A DNA stretch of 40,217 bases from Chloroflexota bacterium (GCA_041917875.1 JAYRWZ010000170.1:1-40217); one strand, 5' to 3'. Shown: positions 9,705 to 19,884, counted from the first letter of the stretch. The notes: generated by a model from the letters alone, not told the origin. Translations and numbers: made by a program.

Positions 9705-10463
9705 CTATAAATTTGAAGGAACAAGCCCCATCTTAACAATACTGCCATTTTTGAAATAAAGCATCATACCTACGAGTCCAAACTTGTGATTGGCAACGTA
9801 AACAACTTTTTGCATTATCGGATCTTCTTTTGTTTCTTCTACTTTCAGAACTTTAATTTTCCAAAAGACAATATCGTAATCGTCCGTTGTTGATTTATAG
9901 ACTACTTGGCGCATAATTTTTACATGATCTTTGTCAGTAAATTCATACTTATCGCCAACGATAGCAGAATATTTCACTACTGTAAATGGTTTTGACAAAT
10001 CCCCGCCGCTATATATATAGTCCTGTATTCCCTCACTTGTCACTTTCGACATCATACTGGCGGTCAGCCTCATAGATTTTCGATCAGCAGTATCCAGGAT
10101 TACACCAAATTTCTTGAGGTATGTGTTGAGAATATTGAACTTTAATTCTCGGTTTAATTCGTGTGTACCAATGAGAGTATCAAGTGACCTTACAGAAGTA
10201 CTATCAAAGGTAAACGTAGCAAACGTCGTAACAATACCCTTATCATTTTTTGTCACAACAACAGAATCATGGACACTTTCTATGAGCTTTTCATTAAAGT
10301 AAATATAACAAGAAGTTCTGTCACCTACATCAGTAAAATCTACATCGGGGTTTCCTCCCATCTCATTGGGGTTAGGAGGATTAGGACTATTGGATGCATC
10401 TTTGCAGGAAGAAAACATCAACATTACAAGCAACATCAAAGCAGTAAAACATAGATTTTTCAC
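9705..10463 (-). CDS. Lipoprotein of unknown function
   Basis: GTG start preceded by GAGGTG. Signal plus lipobox: MKNLCFTALMLLVMLMFSSC. A Pro/Asn-rich linker follows. I recognise no family. Confidence 0.55.
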   Translation of the reverse strand: MKNLCFTALMLLVMLMFSSCKDASNSPNPPNPNEMGGNPDVDFTDVGDRTSCYIYFNEKLIESVHDSVVVTKNDKGIVTTFATFTFDSTSVRSLDTLIGTHELNRELKFNILNTYLKKFGVILDTADRKSMRLTASMMSKVTSEGIQDYIYSGGDLSKPFTVVKYSAIVGDKYEFTDKDHVKIMRQVVYKSTTDDYDIVFWKIKVLKVEETKEDPIMQKVVYVANHKFGLVGMMLYFKNGSIVKMGLVPSNL

Positions 10464-10477
10464 ACATCACCTCACAA

Positions 10478-10604
10478 TAAAAAAAATCTGCTTAATTATT
10501 ATTTAGCTTTATCTATAGCAAATGTGGTGTACGTTTAACAACGCTTCACCCACGCAAAATTACGTGTTTTTGCTATAAAATCGTCAAATAATAAGTAAGC
10601 AGAT
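10478..10604 (-). terminator. Large structured inverted-repeat element with a U8 tract downstream of rplQ (terminator, structured RNA or MITE-like)
   Basis: 19-nt arms 10486-10504 (atctgcttaattattattt) and 10586-10604 (aaataataagtaagcagat) are reverse complements with one mismatch. An inner perfect 9-bp pair is tatagcaaa 10514-10522 / tttgctata 10569-10577. On the minus strand the 3' arm is followed immediately by T8. Confidence 0.5.
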
Positions 10605-10625
10605 AAACTATCTACTATTGCGATC

Positions 10626-11318
10626 TTAGGCTTTATTCTCTTCTTCCGAATTCAGTGATGACTCATCGCCCGCAGGTGAAGTTGTCTCATCCGCCTCAGT
10701 TCTTGCTGATTGCTCTTCAACTTCATCATTCATTTCAGTCGCAGATGATGATTCAGCAGTCAGTTCATCTGTCGCTTCTTGTGAATCATTGATAGCTTCT
10801 TCAACAATTGGCGAAGTTTGCTCTAAAGGGGGAGAAACTACTTGCACAGGTTTAGCTGTCACGGTCGCAACGGATTTTTTACGACGTGCACGTGTTGAGA
10901 TACCATCCTGCGGATTGGAAAAATCAACAAATTCAATAATAGCAACATTACCGCCATCACCGCGACGCTGCCCTAGTTTTGTAATACGCAAATATCCACC
11001 ATTGCGATTAACAATAACAGGAGCAATTTCTGTAAACAAATGTTTAAGTGCCTGTTTCTGCGTAATAAAACGAGCAACCTGGCGACGGTTATGTATATCA
11101 ACCGTTTGACCTGTAGGAAGATTGCCTTGCTGTTCATTCAAGAGAGCATTTTTGGCTCTTGTGATGAGTTGCTCTGCAAATGGACGTAATTCTTTGGCTT
11201 TCGCTTCAGTTGTCTTGATACGTTTATGCTCAAACAAAGACATTGCCATATTATTCAGCAATGCTTTTCTGTGACTTGCAGTACGTTTTAATTTTCGACC
11301 GGATTTAAGATGTCTCAT
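10626..11318 (-). CDS. rplQ: 50S ribosomal protein L17 with a long acidic C-terminal tail
   Basis: MRHLKSGRKLKRTASHRKALLNNM is the L17 signature. It is the last gene after rpoA. Residues ~135-230 are Glu/Asp/Ser/Thr-rich and low complexity. Confidence 0.9.
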   Translation of the reverse strand: MRHLKSGRKLKRTASHRKALLNNMAMSLFEHKRIKTTEAKAKELRPFAEQLITRAKNALLNEQQGNLPTGQTVDIHNRRQVARFITQKQALKHLFTEIAPVIVNRNGGYLRITKLGQRRGDGGNVAIIEFVDFSNPQDGISTRARRKKSVATVTAKPVQVVSPPLEQTSPIVEEAINDSQEATDELTAESSSATEMNDEVEEQSARTEADETTSPAGDESSLNSEEENKA

Positions 11319-11352
11319 AATTACAATTCAAACGTTATAATATTCAATCCGC

Positions 11353-12372
11353 TTAGCCTGCGGTGGATTCTTCAGTTAACTCTTGTCTGTAGTCTTCAAT
11401 ATTCATACCGAATTGAAGCCCGTTTTCTTTTACTATATCAGCCATTTCATTCAAAGATTTACGACCGAAATTTCTAAATTTCAATAAGTCTTGTTCCGTA
11501 AGTTGAACCAACTCTGCTAAAGTGCCTATATTAGCCGCCTTTAGACAATTGTGCGCACGAACAGAAAGTTCTAATTCCTCAACCGGCTGGAAAAGGATAC
11601 GTCGAATACGATTTCTCTCCTGGATACGTGCTTCCTCTTCGGGAGTTAATTCTCTTTTTTCATCAACAACAATTTTGGTCGGCTTAAAATGACCGAACAT
11701 TGCAAGGTGTTCCTGCAGAATTACAGCGGCATTTTCTACTGCTTCCTGTGGTGTGATAGTACCGTCCGTGTGAACATCAAGGGTTAATTGCTCATAGTCG
11801 GTTTTTTGCCCCACACGAAACGGTTGGATCGTATAGACAACATTCTTAATCGGTGTATGGATAGCATCAATTGCCATCATACCAACCGGAAAATCTGCTG
11901 TATTTTGCTCTTCAGCAGGAACATATCCACGCCCCTTACCGAGACGCAATTCAACATCAAATTCTGCATCATCAGCCAGAGAAGCAATGTGATGATTAAG
12001 GTTAAGTACTTCAATTTCAGGTGAAGCATTCTGTATGTCTTGGGCAGTCCAAGAACCACTACCTTTGATCTTAAAAGATACTGTTGGAGCATTTGTGCTC
12101 AAAATTTTGAAGCGCACCTCTTTTAGATTCAAAATAATTTCCGTCATGTCTTCAATGACACCGGGAATAGTTTGAAACTCATGAAAAACGCCTGAAATAC
12201 TCAATCCGATAATTGCCGCACCGGGAGTAGATGACAAAAGTACACGCCTTAGGGCATTGCCTATTGTAACCCCATAACCCTCTTCAAGCGGTTGCATGAT
12301 AAATTTTGCACTACTTTGTTCGGAGGAATTTTCAATTGTCACACCTTCCGGCATTTGCAATGCTGCAATCAT
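11353..12372 (-). CDS. rpoA: DNA-directed RNA polymerase subunit alpha
   Basis: 339 aa. The NTD is followed by a CTD motif (ELELSVRAHNCLKAANIGTLAELV). It occupies the conserved position before rplQ. Confidence 0.95.
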   Translation of the reverse strand: MIAALQMPEGVTIENSSEQSSAKFIMQPLEEGYGVTIGNALRRVLLSSTPGAAIIGLSISGVFHEFQTIPGVIEDMTEIILNLKEVRFKILSTNAPTVSFKIKGSGSWTAQDIQNASPEIEVLNLNHHIASLADDAEFDVELRLGKGRGYVPAEEQNTADFPVGMMAIDAIHTPIKNVVYTIQPFRVGQKTDYEQLTLDVHTDGTITPQEAVENAAVILQEHLAMFGHFKPTKIVVDEKRELTPEEEARIQERNRIRRILFQPVEELELSVRAHNCLKAANIGTLAELVQLTEQDLLKFRNFGRKSLNEMADIVKENGLQFGMNIEDYRQELTEESTAG

Positions 12373-12481
12373 ACTGTTCTTTCTGGTTTACGTTACTAAA
12401 ATAGTTAATATAAATACCCTACGGGCATTACTATCAACAAACATTTGAGAGATATTGATGGGTTGTAGTAAAAATCTACGA

Positions 12482-12868
12482 TTAGACACGACGTCTTTTT
12501 GGCGGACGGCAACCATTGTGAGGAAGAGGTGTACGATCAATGATACTCAAAACCTCTAAACCCGCACTTGATAATGCACGTACTGCAGCTTCTCTACCAC
12601 TTCCGGGACCTTTTACTACAACTTCTAATTTGCGAAGTCCCATATCATAAGCTTCTTTTGCGCAACGCTCAGCCGAAACTTGTGAAGCGTAGGGAGTGTT
12701 TTTTTTAGAACCACGGAAACCATTGCGACCGGCACTTGACCAGCACAAAGCATTGCCGTAAGTGTCAGTAATTGTCACCAACACATTATTAAATGTTGCT
12801 TTGATAAAAGCGCGCCCATGAACATCGGCAACAACTTTTTTCTTAACCCGTTTTTTTATAGCAGCCAT
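12482..12868 (-). CDS. rpsK: 30S ribosomal protein S11
   Basis: [22 protein letters not shown]...[13 protein letters not shown]. It follows rpsM. Confidence 0.95.
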   Translation of the reverse strand: MAAIKKRVKKKVVADVHGRAFIKATFNNVLVTITDTYGNALCWSSAGRNGFRGSKKNTPYASQVSAERCAKEAYDMGLRKLEVVVKGPGSGREAAVRALSSAGLEVLSIIDRTPLPHNGCRPPKRRRV

Positions 12869-13010
12869 CGGCTCATTCGTGTAATTGAGTTAAACTGTAA
12901 ATTCTTAAGTAATTGAGTTCTAATTTGAATGAAATGTAGAACTCTGTTTGATGGTTATGCAGCAATTCTGGATACAAAAAAGCACCTGCACAAGCCAATA
13001 CTATTAGGTA

Positions 13011-13388
13011 TTATTTCTTTACTGCTTTCTTTTTACCCGCTACTGTCTTACGACGACCTTTACGAGTACGTGAATTTGTTCTTGTACGCTGACCACGCAC
13101 CGGCAAACCACGACGGTGACGCAACCCTCTATATGCCCCTACATCCATTAAACGTTTAATGTTTAACTGAATTTCAGAACGTAGCTGACCTTCTGTCTTG
13201 TATTCTTGAATAATCTGACGTAAGCGTGCAATCTCTTCATCTGTCCAAGTTGCAACACGTTTACTTTCATCAATACCGGCTTTAACCAGAATTGCTTCTG
13301 AAGTTGTACGCCCGATTCCAAAAATATAAGTAAGACCAATTACTCCGCGTTTATTTTTCGGTAAATCTACACCTGCAATACGTGCCAT
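13011..13388 (-). CDS. rpsM: 30S ribosomal protein S13
   Basis: [14 protein letters not shown]...[20 protein letters not shown]. Confidence 0.95.
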   Translation of the reverse strand: MARIAGVDLPKNKRGVIGLTYIFGIGRTTSEAILVKAGIDESKRVATWTDEEIARLRQIIQEYKTEGQLRSEIQLNIKRLMDVGAYRGLRHRRGLPVRGQRTRTNSRTRKGRRKTVAGKKKAVKK

Positions 13389-13400
13389 TCAGCTCTCCTC

Positions 13401-13517
13401 TTATCCCTGACGTTGTTTAAAACGTGGATTTTTTTTGTTGATGATGTAAACGCGCCCTTTGCGACGGACAATTTTATCATCCGGATTGCGCTTTTTTACT
13501 GATGCTTGTACTTTCAT
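13401..13517 (-). CDS. rpmJ: 50S ribosomal protein L36 (Cys-less, zinc-independent type)
   Basis: Not in the track because it is under 60 aa. My translation of the minus strand is [38 protein letters not shown] plus TAA. It sits between infA and rpsM, as expected. Confidence 0.9.
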   Translation of the reverse strand: MKVQASVKKRNPDDKIVRRKGRVYIINKKNPRFKQRQG

Positions 13518-13575
13518 AACAATATCTCTTTCTCTATCGAAATCTTAATTTTTTGCTGAATACTTTGTGAATGGA

Positions 13576-13794
13576 TTATTTGTAACGATAAACTATCCTG
13601 CCCTTAGACAAATCGTACGGTGACAGTTCAACCGTCACTTTATCGCCCTGAAGAATCTTTATAAAATTCATCCTCATTTTACCGCTGATGTGAGCAAGGA
13701 CTTTATGATCATTGTCCAATTTAACAATGAATTGCGTATTTGGCAATGTTTCATCTATAACACCATCAACGCGTATAAGGTCTTGCTTTGGCAT
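13576..13794 (-). CDS. infA: Translation initiation factor IF-1
   Basis: 72 aa: ...[56 protein letters not shown]. Confidence 0.95.
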   Translation of the reverse strand: MPKQDLIRVDGVIDETLPNTQFIVKLDNDHKVLAHISGKMRMNFIKILQGDKVTVELSPYDLSKGRIVYRYK

Positions 13795-13833
13795 AAAGTG
13801 ATCCTATTCTTAAACAAAATTTATTCTGTACTT

Positions 13834-15174
13834 TTATACTCCGCCAACACCAAGAGTTGCACGTCCGCGGATTTTGCCGCTTTTCATGAAACCATCATAA
13901 TGTCGCATGAGCAAATATGACTCAATCTGCTGTAATGAATCCAAGGCAACTCCAACTACTATCAGAAGACTTGTTCCACCAAAGAATGAAGCAAACATAG
14001 GAGGCACATTAAGTACATTTGAAACGAAAGTCGGTAATATTGCAATGATTGCCAAAAATATCGAGCCGGGTAATGTAATTTTAGTTAGTATGTTTTCTAT
14101 ATAATCAGCAGTTGCTTTACCCGGACGAACTCCCGGAATAAATCCACCGTTCTTTTTCATATTTTCTGCCGTATCTTTAGGATTAAAGATAATGGCTGTG
14201 TAAAAATAAGTAAAGAATATGATTATGGCAGCATAAATTGCAGCATAGAAGAAAGAACGCTCACTAAACAACTGAGAAATATAGATAACAGTCGGACTCT
14301 CAGGCGCAAAGGATAAGAGCGTGTTAGGAATGAACATCAAAGACTGTGCAAAAATAATTGGCATCACACCTGCTGTATTCACACGCAATGGTATATATTG
14401 AGTCTGACCACCATATTGTTTATTACCAACAACTCTTTTTGCATACTGAACAGGAATCCTACGTGCACCTTGAGTGATCAGCACTACTCCGCTGATTATT
14501 GCGACCAAAGCTCCGAACATAAATATATCAATGAGCCAACGATTACCACCATTCGCTATCACAAGATTAACTTCTTGTCCGACAGCGGCGGGTAAACGTG
14601 CAATAATCCCAATGAAAATAATCAATGAAATACCATTACCTATTCCTCGTTCAGTAATCTGCTCACCTAACCACATAAGAAACATTGTACCTGATGTTAA
14701 AAGGATAACAGCAGAAATATAGAACCCTATTCCGCCCTCAGCTATAGCACCTTGCGAGCGACTTGCCATACTAATTGCCATACCCCAAGCTTGTAATGCT
14801 GCAATAGGTACCGTGGCTATTCGTGTCCACTGATTAAGTTTACGTCTTCCCTCTTCACCTTCGCGTTGCATCTTCTGTATTTGCGGCATAACAATACCGG
14901 CAAGCTGAAAAATAATACTCGCAGAAATATATGGCATGATACCCAATGCGAAAATCGCCGCATTTGAGAATGCCCCCCCTACGAACATATCATATAATCC
15001 AAAAAGCGTATTTGCATCAGTGCTTCCTGCTTGCATAGCAGCAATATTAACTCCGGGAAGAGTAATATAAGCACCGATTCTTACACCGATGAGTACAAGA
15101 ATTGTAAATATAATTCTTGTGCGTAATTCTTCAATTTTGAAGATATGCTGGAAGGTTTGAACAAGGTTAGCCAT
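13834..15174 (-). CDS. secY: Preprotein translocase subunit SecY
   Basis: 446 aa, multi-pass membrane protein. It sits after rplO with an 8-nt overlap. Contains ...GIMPYISASIIFQL.... Confidence 0.95.
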   Translation of the reverse strand: MANLVQTFQHIFKIEELRTRIIFTILVLIGVRIGAYITLPGVNIAAMQAGSTDANTLFGLYDMFVGGAFSNAAIFALGIMPYISASIIFQLAGIVMPQIQKMQREGEEGRRKLNQWTRIATVPIAALQAWGMAISMASRSQGAIAEGGIGFYISAVILLTSGTMFLMWLGEQITERGIGNGISLIIFIGIIARLPAAVGQEVNLVIANGGNRWLIDIFMFGALVAIISGVVLITQGARRIPVQYAKRVVGNKQYGGQTQYIPLRVNTAGVMPIIFAQSLMFIPNTLLSFAPESPTVIYISQLFSERSFFYAAIYAAIIIFFTYFYTAIIFNPKDTAENMKKNGGFIPGVRPGKATADYIENILTKITLPGSIFLAIIAILPTFVSNVLNVPPMFASFFGGTSLLIVVGVALDSLQQIESYLLMRHYDGFMKSGKIRGRATLGVGGV

Positions 15175-15628
15175 TTGTCAATGCAGTGCCTCCAAGTGAT
15201 TCGATCTTTGCTTTTGCTGAAGCTGAATAGCTATCCGCTTGAACATGCAACACAGAAGTGATATCACCATTGCCAAGGATTTTAACCGGTTGGGAAGATG
15301 AGCCGATGACACCGCTGTTACGCAAATTTTCGACAGTTACCGCCGAAGCTTGGATTCTTCCTGAATCAACGAGAGTTTGAATTGTTGACAAGTTAACGAC
15401 TTGATATTCAACTCTAAATGGATTAGTGAACCCAAATTTTGGAAGACGGCGAACGAGAGGCATTTGACCGCCTTCAAAACCGCTTTTATTTTTATGTCCC
15501 GAACGCGACTGGTGGCCCTTATGTCCACGAGTAGATGTCCCACCGTGTCCGGAACCGGGTCCACGACCGATACGTTTTGATTTTTTAACCGAACCGGCAG
15601 CCGCCGCTAGATTTCCGATATGCTTCAT
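15167..15628 (-). CDS. rplO: 50S ribosomal protein L15
   Basis: GRGPGSGHGGTSTRGHKGHQSRSG motif; position after rpmD. Confidence 0.93.
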   Translation of the reverse strand: MKHIGNLAAAAGSVKKSKRIGRGPGSGHGGTSTRGHKGHQSRSGHKNKSGFEGGQMPLVRRLPKFGFTNPFRVEYQVVNLSTIQTLVDSGRIQASAVTVENLRNSGVIGSSSQPVKILGNGDITSVLHVQADSYSASAKAKIESLGGTALTNG

Positions 15629-15645
15629 AACCGTCTCTTATAATC

Positions 15646-15828
15646 TTAATTTTCTACTACGTTAACAAGATGTGTAACAACCGCAATCATACCGCGTGTC
15701 TGCGCATTATCAGGCATAACAACCGAATGATTCGGACGACCAAGCCCCATAGCTTTTATGGTGCGTTTTTGGTTTTCTTTACACTTAATGATACTACGAG
15801 TCTGCGTTATTGTAAGTGTTTGTGCCAT
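15646..15828 (-). CDS. rpmD: 50S ribosomal protein L30
   Basis: 60 aa: LTITQTRSIIKCKENQKRTIKAMGLGR. It lies between rpsE and rplO. Confidence 0.9.
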   Translation of the reverse strand: MAQTLTITQTRSIIKCKENQKRTIKAMGLGRPNHSVVMPDNAQTRGMIAVVTHLVNVVEN

Positions 15829-15884
15829 GATACGATTTTGCTCTGTTAATGTAATGTGTACTAAATATTTTTGATGAAAATGTC

Positions 15885-16388
15885 TTAACCGTGCATTACT
15901 TTTGCAACGCTCACACCGCGACGATCCGCCACTGTTGTGATATCTTCGAGCATTGTTAATGCTTTGATAGTTGCTTTAACAGTATTATGCGGATTTGATG
16001 ACCCCATACTTTTTGTTAAAACATCTTGAACACCCGCAAGTTCAAGAACCGCACGTACGCCTCCGGCGGCAATAACACCTGTACCGGCAGTAGCGGGTTT
16101 AATGAGAATTTTTGCAGCTCCGAATTTTCCTACAACATCGTGTGGAATCGTATTGTCTTGCAAGCGTACTTTGGTGACATTTTTCTTTGCCGCCTCTGTA
16201 GCTTTTTGGACAGCATCCACGACCTCACCTGCTTTGCCGAGACCATAGCCCACATGTCCGTTGCCATCACCGACAACAACAATTGCTGAAAAATTAAAGC
16301 GGCGACCACCTTTTACTACTTTCGCCGTTCTGCCGACATGGACGAGTTTATCCTTAAGATCCAACTCTGATACTTTCGTTTTTGCCAC
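15885..16388 (-). CDS. rpsE: 30S ribosomal protein S5
   Basis: [34 protein letters not shown]. Confidence 0.95.
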   Translation of the reverse strand: MAKTKVSELDLKDKLVHVGRTAKVVKGGRRFNFSAIVVVGDGNGHVGYGLGKAGEVVDAVQKATEAAKKNVTKVRLQDNTIPHDVVGKFGAAKILIKPATAGTGVIAAGGVRAVLELAGVQDVLTKSMGSSNPHNTVKATIKALTMLEDITTVADRRGVSVAKVMHG

Positions 16389-16422
16389 GTAGATGTACTC
16401 CGTTTGAAGATGTTAGTGCTAA

Positions 16423-16791
16423 TTAAAATTGCAATCCGCCTTCGCGCGCACCATCTGCCAGTGCTTTTACGCGACCATGATACATAAACCCGTTTCTGTC
16501 GAATACAACAGATGAGACATTTGCCGCCAAAGCCCGCTGAGCTAAGATTTTACCTACCAAATGACTTTTCTCGGATTTTGTTTTGCCTTCCACTGATGAA
16601 ACCACTTCTTTGTCCGTAGATGAAGCAGCTGCAACTGTGTGGCCTTTTGTGTCATCAATTACTTGTGCATAGATATGACCAAGACTACGATAGACACTAA
16701 GACGAAGACGCTCTTGTGTTCCGAACACTTTTTTACGAACACGCTGCTTTCTTCTAGCACGTTGTTTAACTTTTAATTTCTGTACGCTCAT
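16423..16791 (-). CDS. rplR: 50S ribosomal protein L18
   Basis: ...[18 protein letters not shown]...[26 protein letters not shown]. Confidence 0.93.
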   Translation of the reverse strand: MSVQKLKVKQRARRKQRVRKKVFGTQERLRLSVYRSLGHIYAQVIDDTKGHTVAAASSTDKEVVSSVEGKTKSEKSHLVGKILAQRALAANVSSVVFDRNGFMYHGRVKALADGAREGGLQF

Positions 16792-16863
16792 TGTTTGCTC
16801 TATAAAGAGGTTGAGAACTTCTTTTCGTATTTGTTATTTGTGTTGTAAGCGATTTTACGACTT

Positions 16864-17403
16864 CTACTTACCAGCCGACTTTCCGGCTTTACGACGTATA
16901 TATTCACCCGCGTAACGAATACCTTTTCCTTTATAAGGTTCGGGTTTGCGGAAACCCCTTACCCTTGAGGCAACCTCGCCAACCAAATGTCTGTCAATAC
17001 CTTTAACAAGAATTTGTGTCGGCGCAGGAACTTCAAATATAATCCCCGGCGGAGGTATAAATAATACGGGATGAGAATATCCAATGGTCAATAATAAATT
17101 TGTTTTTCTCATCTCTGCACGGTAACCGACACCTTCGATTTGAAGTTGCTTCTGGAAACCGTTCGTAACGCCTTCAATAGCATTAGCCACCAATGCACGA
17201 GTCATACCATGTAAGGCACGAACACTTTTTTCATCGCTACTACGAGAAAACGACAAGACATTATTCTCTAATTGACAACTAATTTCGGAGGAGATACTGA
17301 CTTGTAGCTCTCCTTTTGGTCCTTTAGCATGTACTTCACCGTTGCTAATTGCAACTTGAACACCGGCTGGTATTGTTATAATCTTTTTTCCGACCCTTGA
17401 CAC
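16864..17403 (-). CDS. rplF: 50S ribosomal protein L6
   Basis: MSRVGKKIITIPAGVQV...PEPYKGKGIRY. Confidence 0.95.
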   Translation of the reverse strand: MSRVGKKIITIPAGVQVAISNGEVHAKGPKGELQVSISSEISCQLENNVLSFSRSSDEKSVRALHGMTRALVANAIEGVTNGFQKQLQIEGVGYRAEMRKTNLLLTIGYSHPVLFIPPPGIIFEVPAPTQILVKGIDRHLVGEVASRVRGFRKPEPYKGKGIRYAGEYIRRKAGKSAGK

Positions 17404-17433
17404 TGTGTTGTTCTCCTTGGATATAACTGGTGC

Positions 17434-17832
17434 TTACCAAATTGTACAAATAACTTCACCACCCGCATTAAATGCGCGAGCTTGCTTATCGGTAACAATT
17501 CCTTTTGAAGTTGAAATAATTGCCACACCTAAGCCATTTTTAACACGCGGAATTTCATCCGCAGGTGCATAGATGCGTCTGCCCGGTTTGCTGACTCGAA
17601 CAATCTGGTTAATGGCGGGAGCACCATTGTGATAACGTAGAGTAACACGGATCGACCCTTGTGGACCATTTCCTTCTACTCTTTCCCAATTCGCAATATA
17701 ACCCTGATCTTTAAGAATTTCTGCTATGGCAGTCTTTTCTTTTGAAGCAGGAGCATCAACCGTTTTGTGTCGCGCTTGAGCTGCATTCCTAATCCGTGTA
17801 AGGAAATCCGCAATTGTATCTGTTACTGGCAT
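17434..17832 (-). CDS. rpsH: 30S ribosomal protein S8
   Basis: MPVTDTIADFLTRIRNA...GGEVICTIW. Confidence 0.95.
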   Translation of the reverse strand: MPVTDTIADFLTRIRNAAQARHKTVDAPASKEKTAIAEILKDQGYIANWERVEGNGPQGSIRVTLRYHNGAPAINQIVRVSKPGRRIYAPADEIPRVKNGLGVAIISTSKGIVTDKQARAFNAGGEVICTIW

Positions 17833-17886
17833 AAATTTGTTTGAATTACGTTCAACTTTATCTGTATGACTGAATGTATTTATCGT

Positions 17887-18156
17887 TTACCAACTTGATT
17901 TGCGCACGCCTGGAATTTTACCCTCTAAGGCGAGTTCTCTGAACTTATTACGACATAAGCCATATTTTCTATATACCGCACGTCCGCGTCCTGTTTGTGA
18001 ACATCTGCTGCGAAGACGGGTGGGTGCACTGTTGCGAGGCAACTTTTGCAGTCCTTCAAAATCGCCTTTTTCTTTCAATTCTGCTCTTATTGCAGCATAT
18101 TTATCAATAAGGCGACGACGTTTTTCATTACGTGCTGTTACACTTTTCTTTGCCAT
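17887..18156 (-). CDS. rpsN: 30S ribosomal protein S14 (long form)
   Basis: 89 aa, ending ...[21 protein letters not shown]. It lies between rplE and rpsH. Confidence 0.93.
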   Translation of the reverse strand: MAKKSVTARNEKRRRLIDKYAAIRAELKEKGDFEGLQKLPRNSAPTRLRSRCSQTGRGRAVYRKYGLCRNKFRELALEGKIPGVRKSSW

Positions 18157-18170
18157 TATTATACTTTCTG

Positions 18171-18797
18171 TTATGCTTTACGGAAAGGAAAACCAAATTC
18201 TTTGAGGAGCGCGTATGCTTCTTCATCTGATGAAGCAGATGTAACAAATGTAATATCCATACCTGTTATACGGTTTACCTTGTCAACGTCTATTTCCGGG
18301 AAGATAATTTGCTCTTTGATTCCGATTGTCAAATTACCACGTCCATCAAACCCTTTATCGGAAAAGCCACGAAAATCTCGAACTCGAGGTGAGGTAATAT
18401 TTACAAAGCGATCTAAAAACTCAAACATGCGTGCTTGTCGCAATGTGACGTGACAGCCAATTGGCATACCTTCTCGCAATTTAAAGTTCGCAATTGACTT
18501 CTTAGAACGAGTAACAGCCGGTCTCTGGCCCGCTATAAGTTCTAACTCATTTACAGCGGCTTGAAGATTTTTCGGATCGCTGACTGCAACTCCAACCCCC
18601 ATATTCAAACAGATCTTCTCAAGTTTTGGCACTTGCATTATAGATTGGTAGCCGAACTGCTTCATTAGGTTCGGAATAATTTGTTCACGATAAAACTGTT
18701 TAAGGCGAGGAGTTGGGATTTCACCTTGATACTGCTCAATCCGCGCGCCTTCTGGTTTTATGTCGAACTTTTTTGACGTTGTTTGTTTCTTTGCCAT
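18171..18797 (-). CDS. rplE: 50S ribosomal protein L5 (with a ~28-aa N-terminal extension)
   Basis: The core starts at ...[40 protein letters not shown]. There is no internal Met before the core, and the ATG at 18797 follows the rplX stop by 12 nt. Confidence 0.9.
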   Translation of the reverse strand: MAKKQTTSKKFDIKPEGARIEQYQGEIPTPRLKQFYREQIIPNLMKQFGYQSIMQVPKLEKICLNMGVGVAVSDPKNLQAAVNELELIAGQRPAVTRSKKSIANFKLREGMPIGCHVTLRQARMFEFLDRFVNITSPRVRDFRGFSDKGFDGRGNLTIGIKEQIIFPEIDVDKVNRITGMDITFVTSASSDEEAYALLKEFGFPFRKA

Positions 18798-18809
18798 GAT
18801 ACGCTGCTA

Positions 18810-19181
18810 TCAATTTTTTAGTTCTTTTGTATAATATTTTGAGCGTTTTGTTCGAACTACACGGATCTTTTCTCCGTTACGTTCTTCTATACCCACTCTC
18901 ACAGGAATACCGTCCGAGTCAACAAGTTGCACATTTGAGTAGTGTATTGGCATTTCGCGCTCTACGATACCGCCCTGTTGATTTGCTGCTGAAGGTTTTT
19001 CATGTTTCTTTCTTACATTTATTCCCTCAACTAAAATACGCATAGTTTTAGGATAAATACGAAGGACACGTCCGGTTTTGCCTCGTTCCCAATGCTCGGC
19101 TTGTGTTCCTTCTTTTTTTTCACTGCGACCGGCAATAACCATTACCAAATCGCCTTTTTTAATCTTGAGTTTCATTTTCAC
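18810..19181 (-). CDS. rplX: 50S ribosomal protein L24
   Basis: KOW motif: KIKKGDLVMVIAGRSEKKEG. It ends with TGA immediately followed by an in-frame TAG. Confidence 0.9.
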   Translation of the reverse strand: MKMKLKIKKGDLVMVIAGRSEKKEGTQAEHWERGKTGRVLRIYPKTMRILVEGINVRKKHEKPSAANQQGGIVEREMPIHYSNVQLVDSDGIPVRVGIEERNGEKIRVVRTKRSKYYTKELKN

Positions 19182-19191
19182 ATTCCTCTAC

Positions 19192-19560
19192 TTAAAGAAC
19201 TTCAGGAGCAAGTGAGATAATTTTCATAAAGTTTCTTTCACGTAACTCACGCGCCACCGGTCCAAATATACGTGTTCCACGCGGTTCGCCTTGATTATTA
19301 AGAATAACCGCAGCGTTTTCGTCAAAGCGGATATAAGAACCATCTTTGCGACTAATTTCTTTTTTGGTTCGCACGACAACTGCTTTGCACACATCGCCCT
19401 TCTTAACATTACCGTTCGGCAATGCAGCTTTGACTGAAACCACGATGACATCGCCTACACCCGCATAGCGGCGAGCATGACCACCCAATATGCGGATACA
19501 CCGAACACGTCTGGCCCCGGAATTATCAGCTACAATAAGGTTTGATTCTTCCTGTATCAT
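19192..19560 (-). CDS. rplN: 50S ribosomal protein L14
   Basis: [27 protein letters not shown]. Confidence 0.95.
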   Translation of the reverse strand: MIQEESNLIVADNSGARRVRCIRILGGHARRYAGVGDVIVVSVKAALPNGNVKKGDVCKAVVVRTKKEISRKDGSYIRFDENAAVILNNQGEPRGTRIFGPVARELRERNFMKIISLAPEVL

Positions 19561-19578
19561 TTCTCTGCTCTCCCTCTA

Positions 19579-19866
19579 TTAAATTGCACGTTCGATAATT
19601 GTATCAAGAGACCAACGTTTATTGGCACTTAATGGACGACTTTCAACAATGCGCACCGTATCGCCAATGCCACACTCATTATTCTCGTCATGTATCATAA
19701 CGCGCTTTGTTTGCTTGAAATACTTTTTATAAATCGGGTGCGCAACTTGGCGTTCCAAGGCAACAACTGCAGATTTATTCATTTTATTACTCACTACCTT
19801 GCCAACGCGATACTTACGATGCGGTTGTTTTTGCTCGGTTTGCTGTTCGTTTACTGTTTCTTGCAT
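19579..19866 (-). CDS. rpsQ: 30S ribosomal protein S17
   Basis: ...[31 protein letters not shown]...RPLSANKRW. Confidence 0.93.
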   Translation of the reverse strand: MQETVNEQQTEQKQPHRKYRVGKVVSNKMNKSAVVALERQVAHPIYKKYFKQTKRVMIHDENNECGIGDTVRIVESRPLSANKRWSLDTIIERAI

Positions 19867-19884
19867 TAATTATATCTCCCGATA

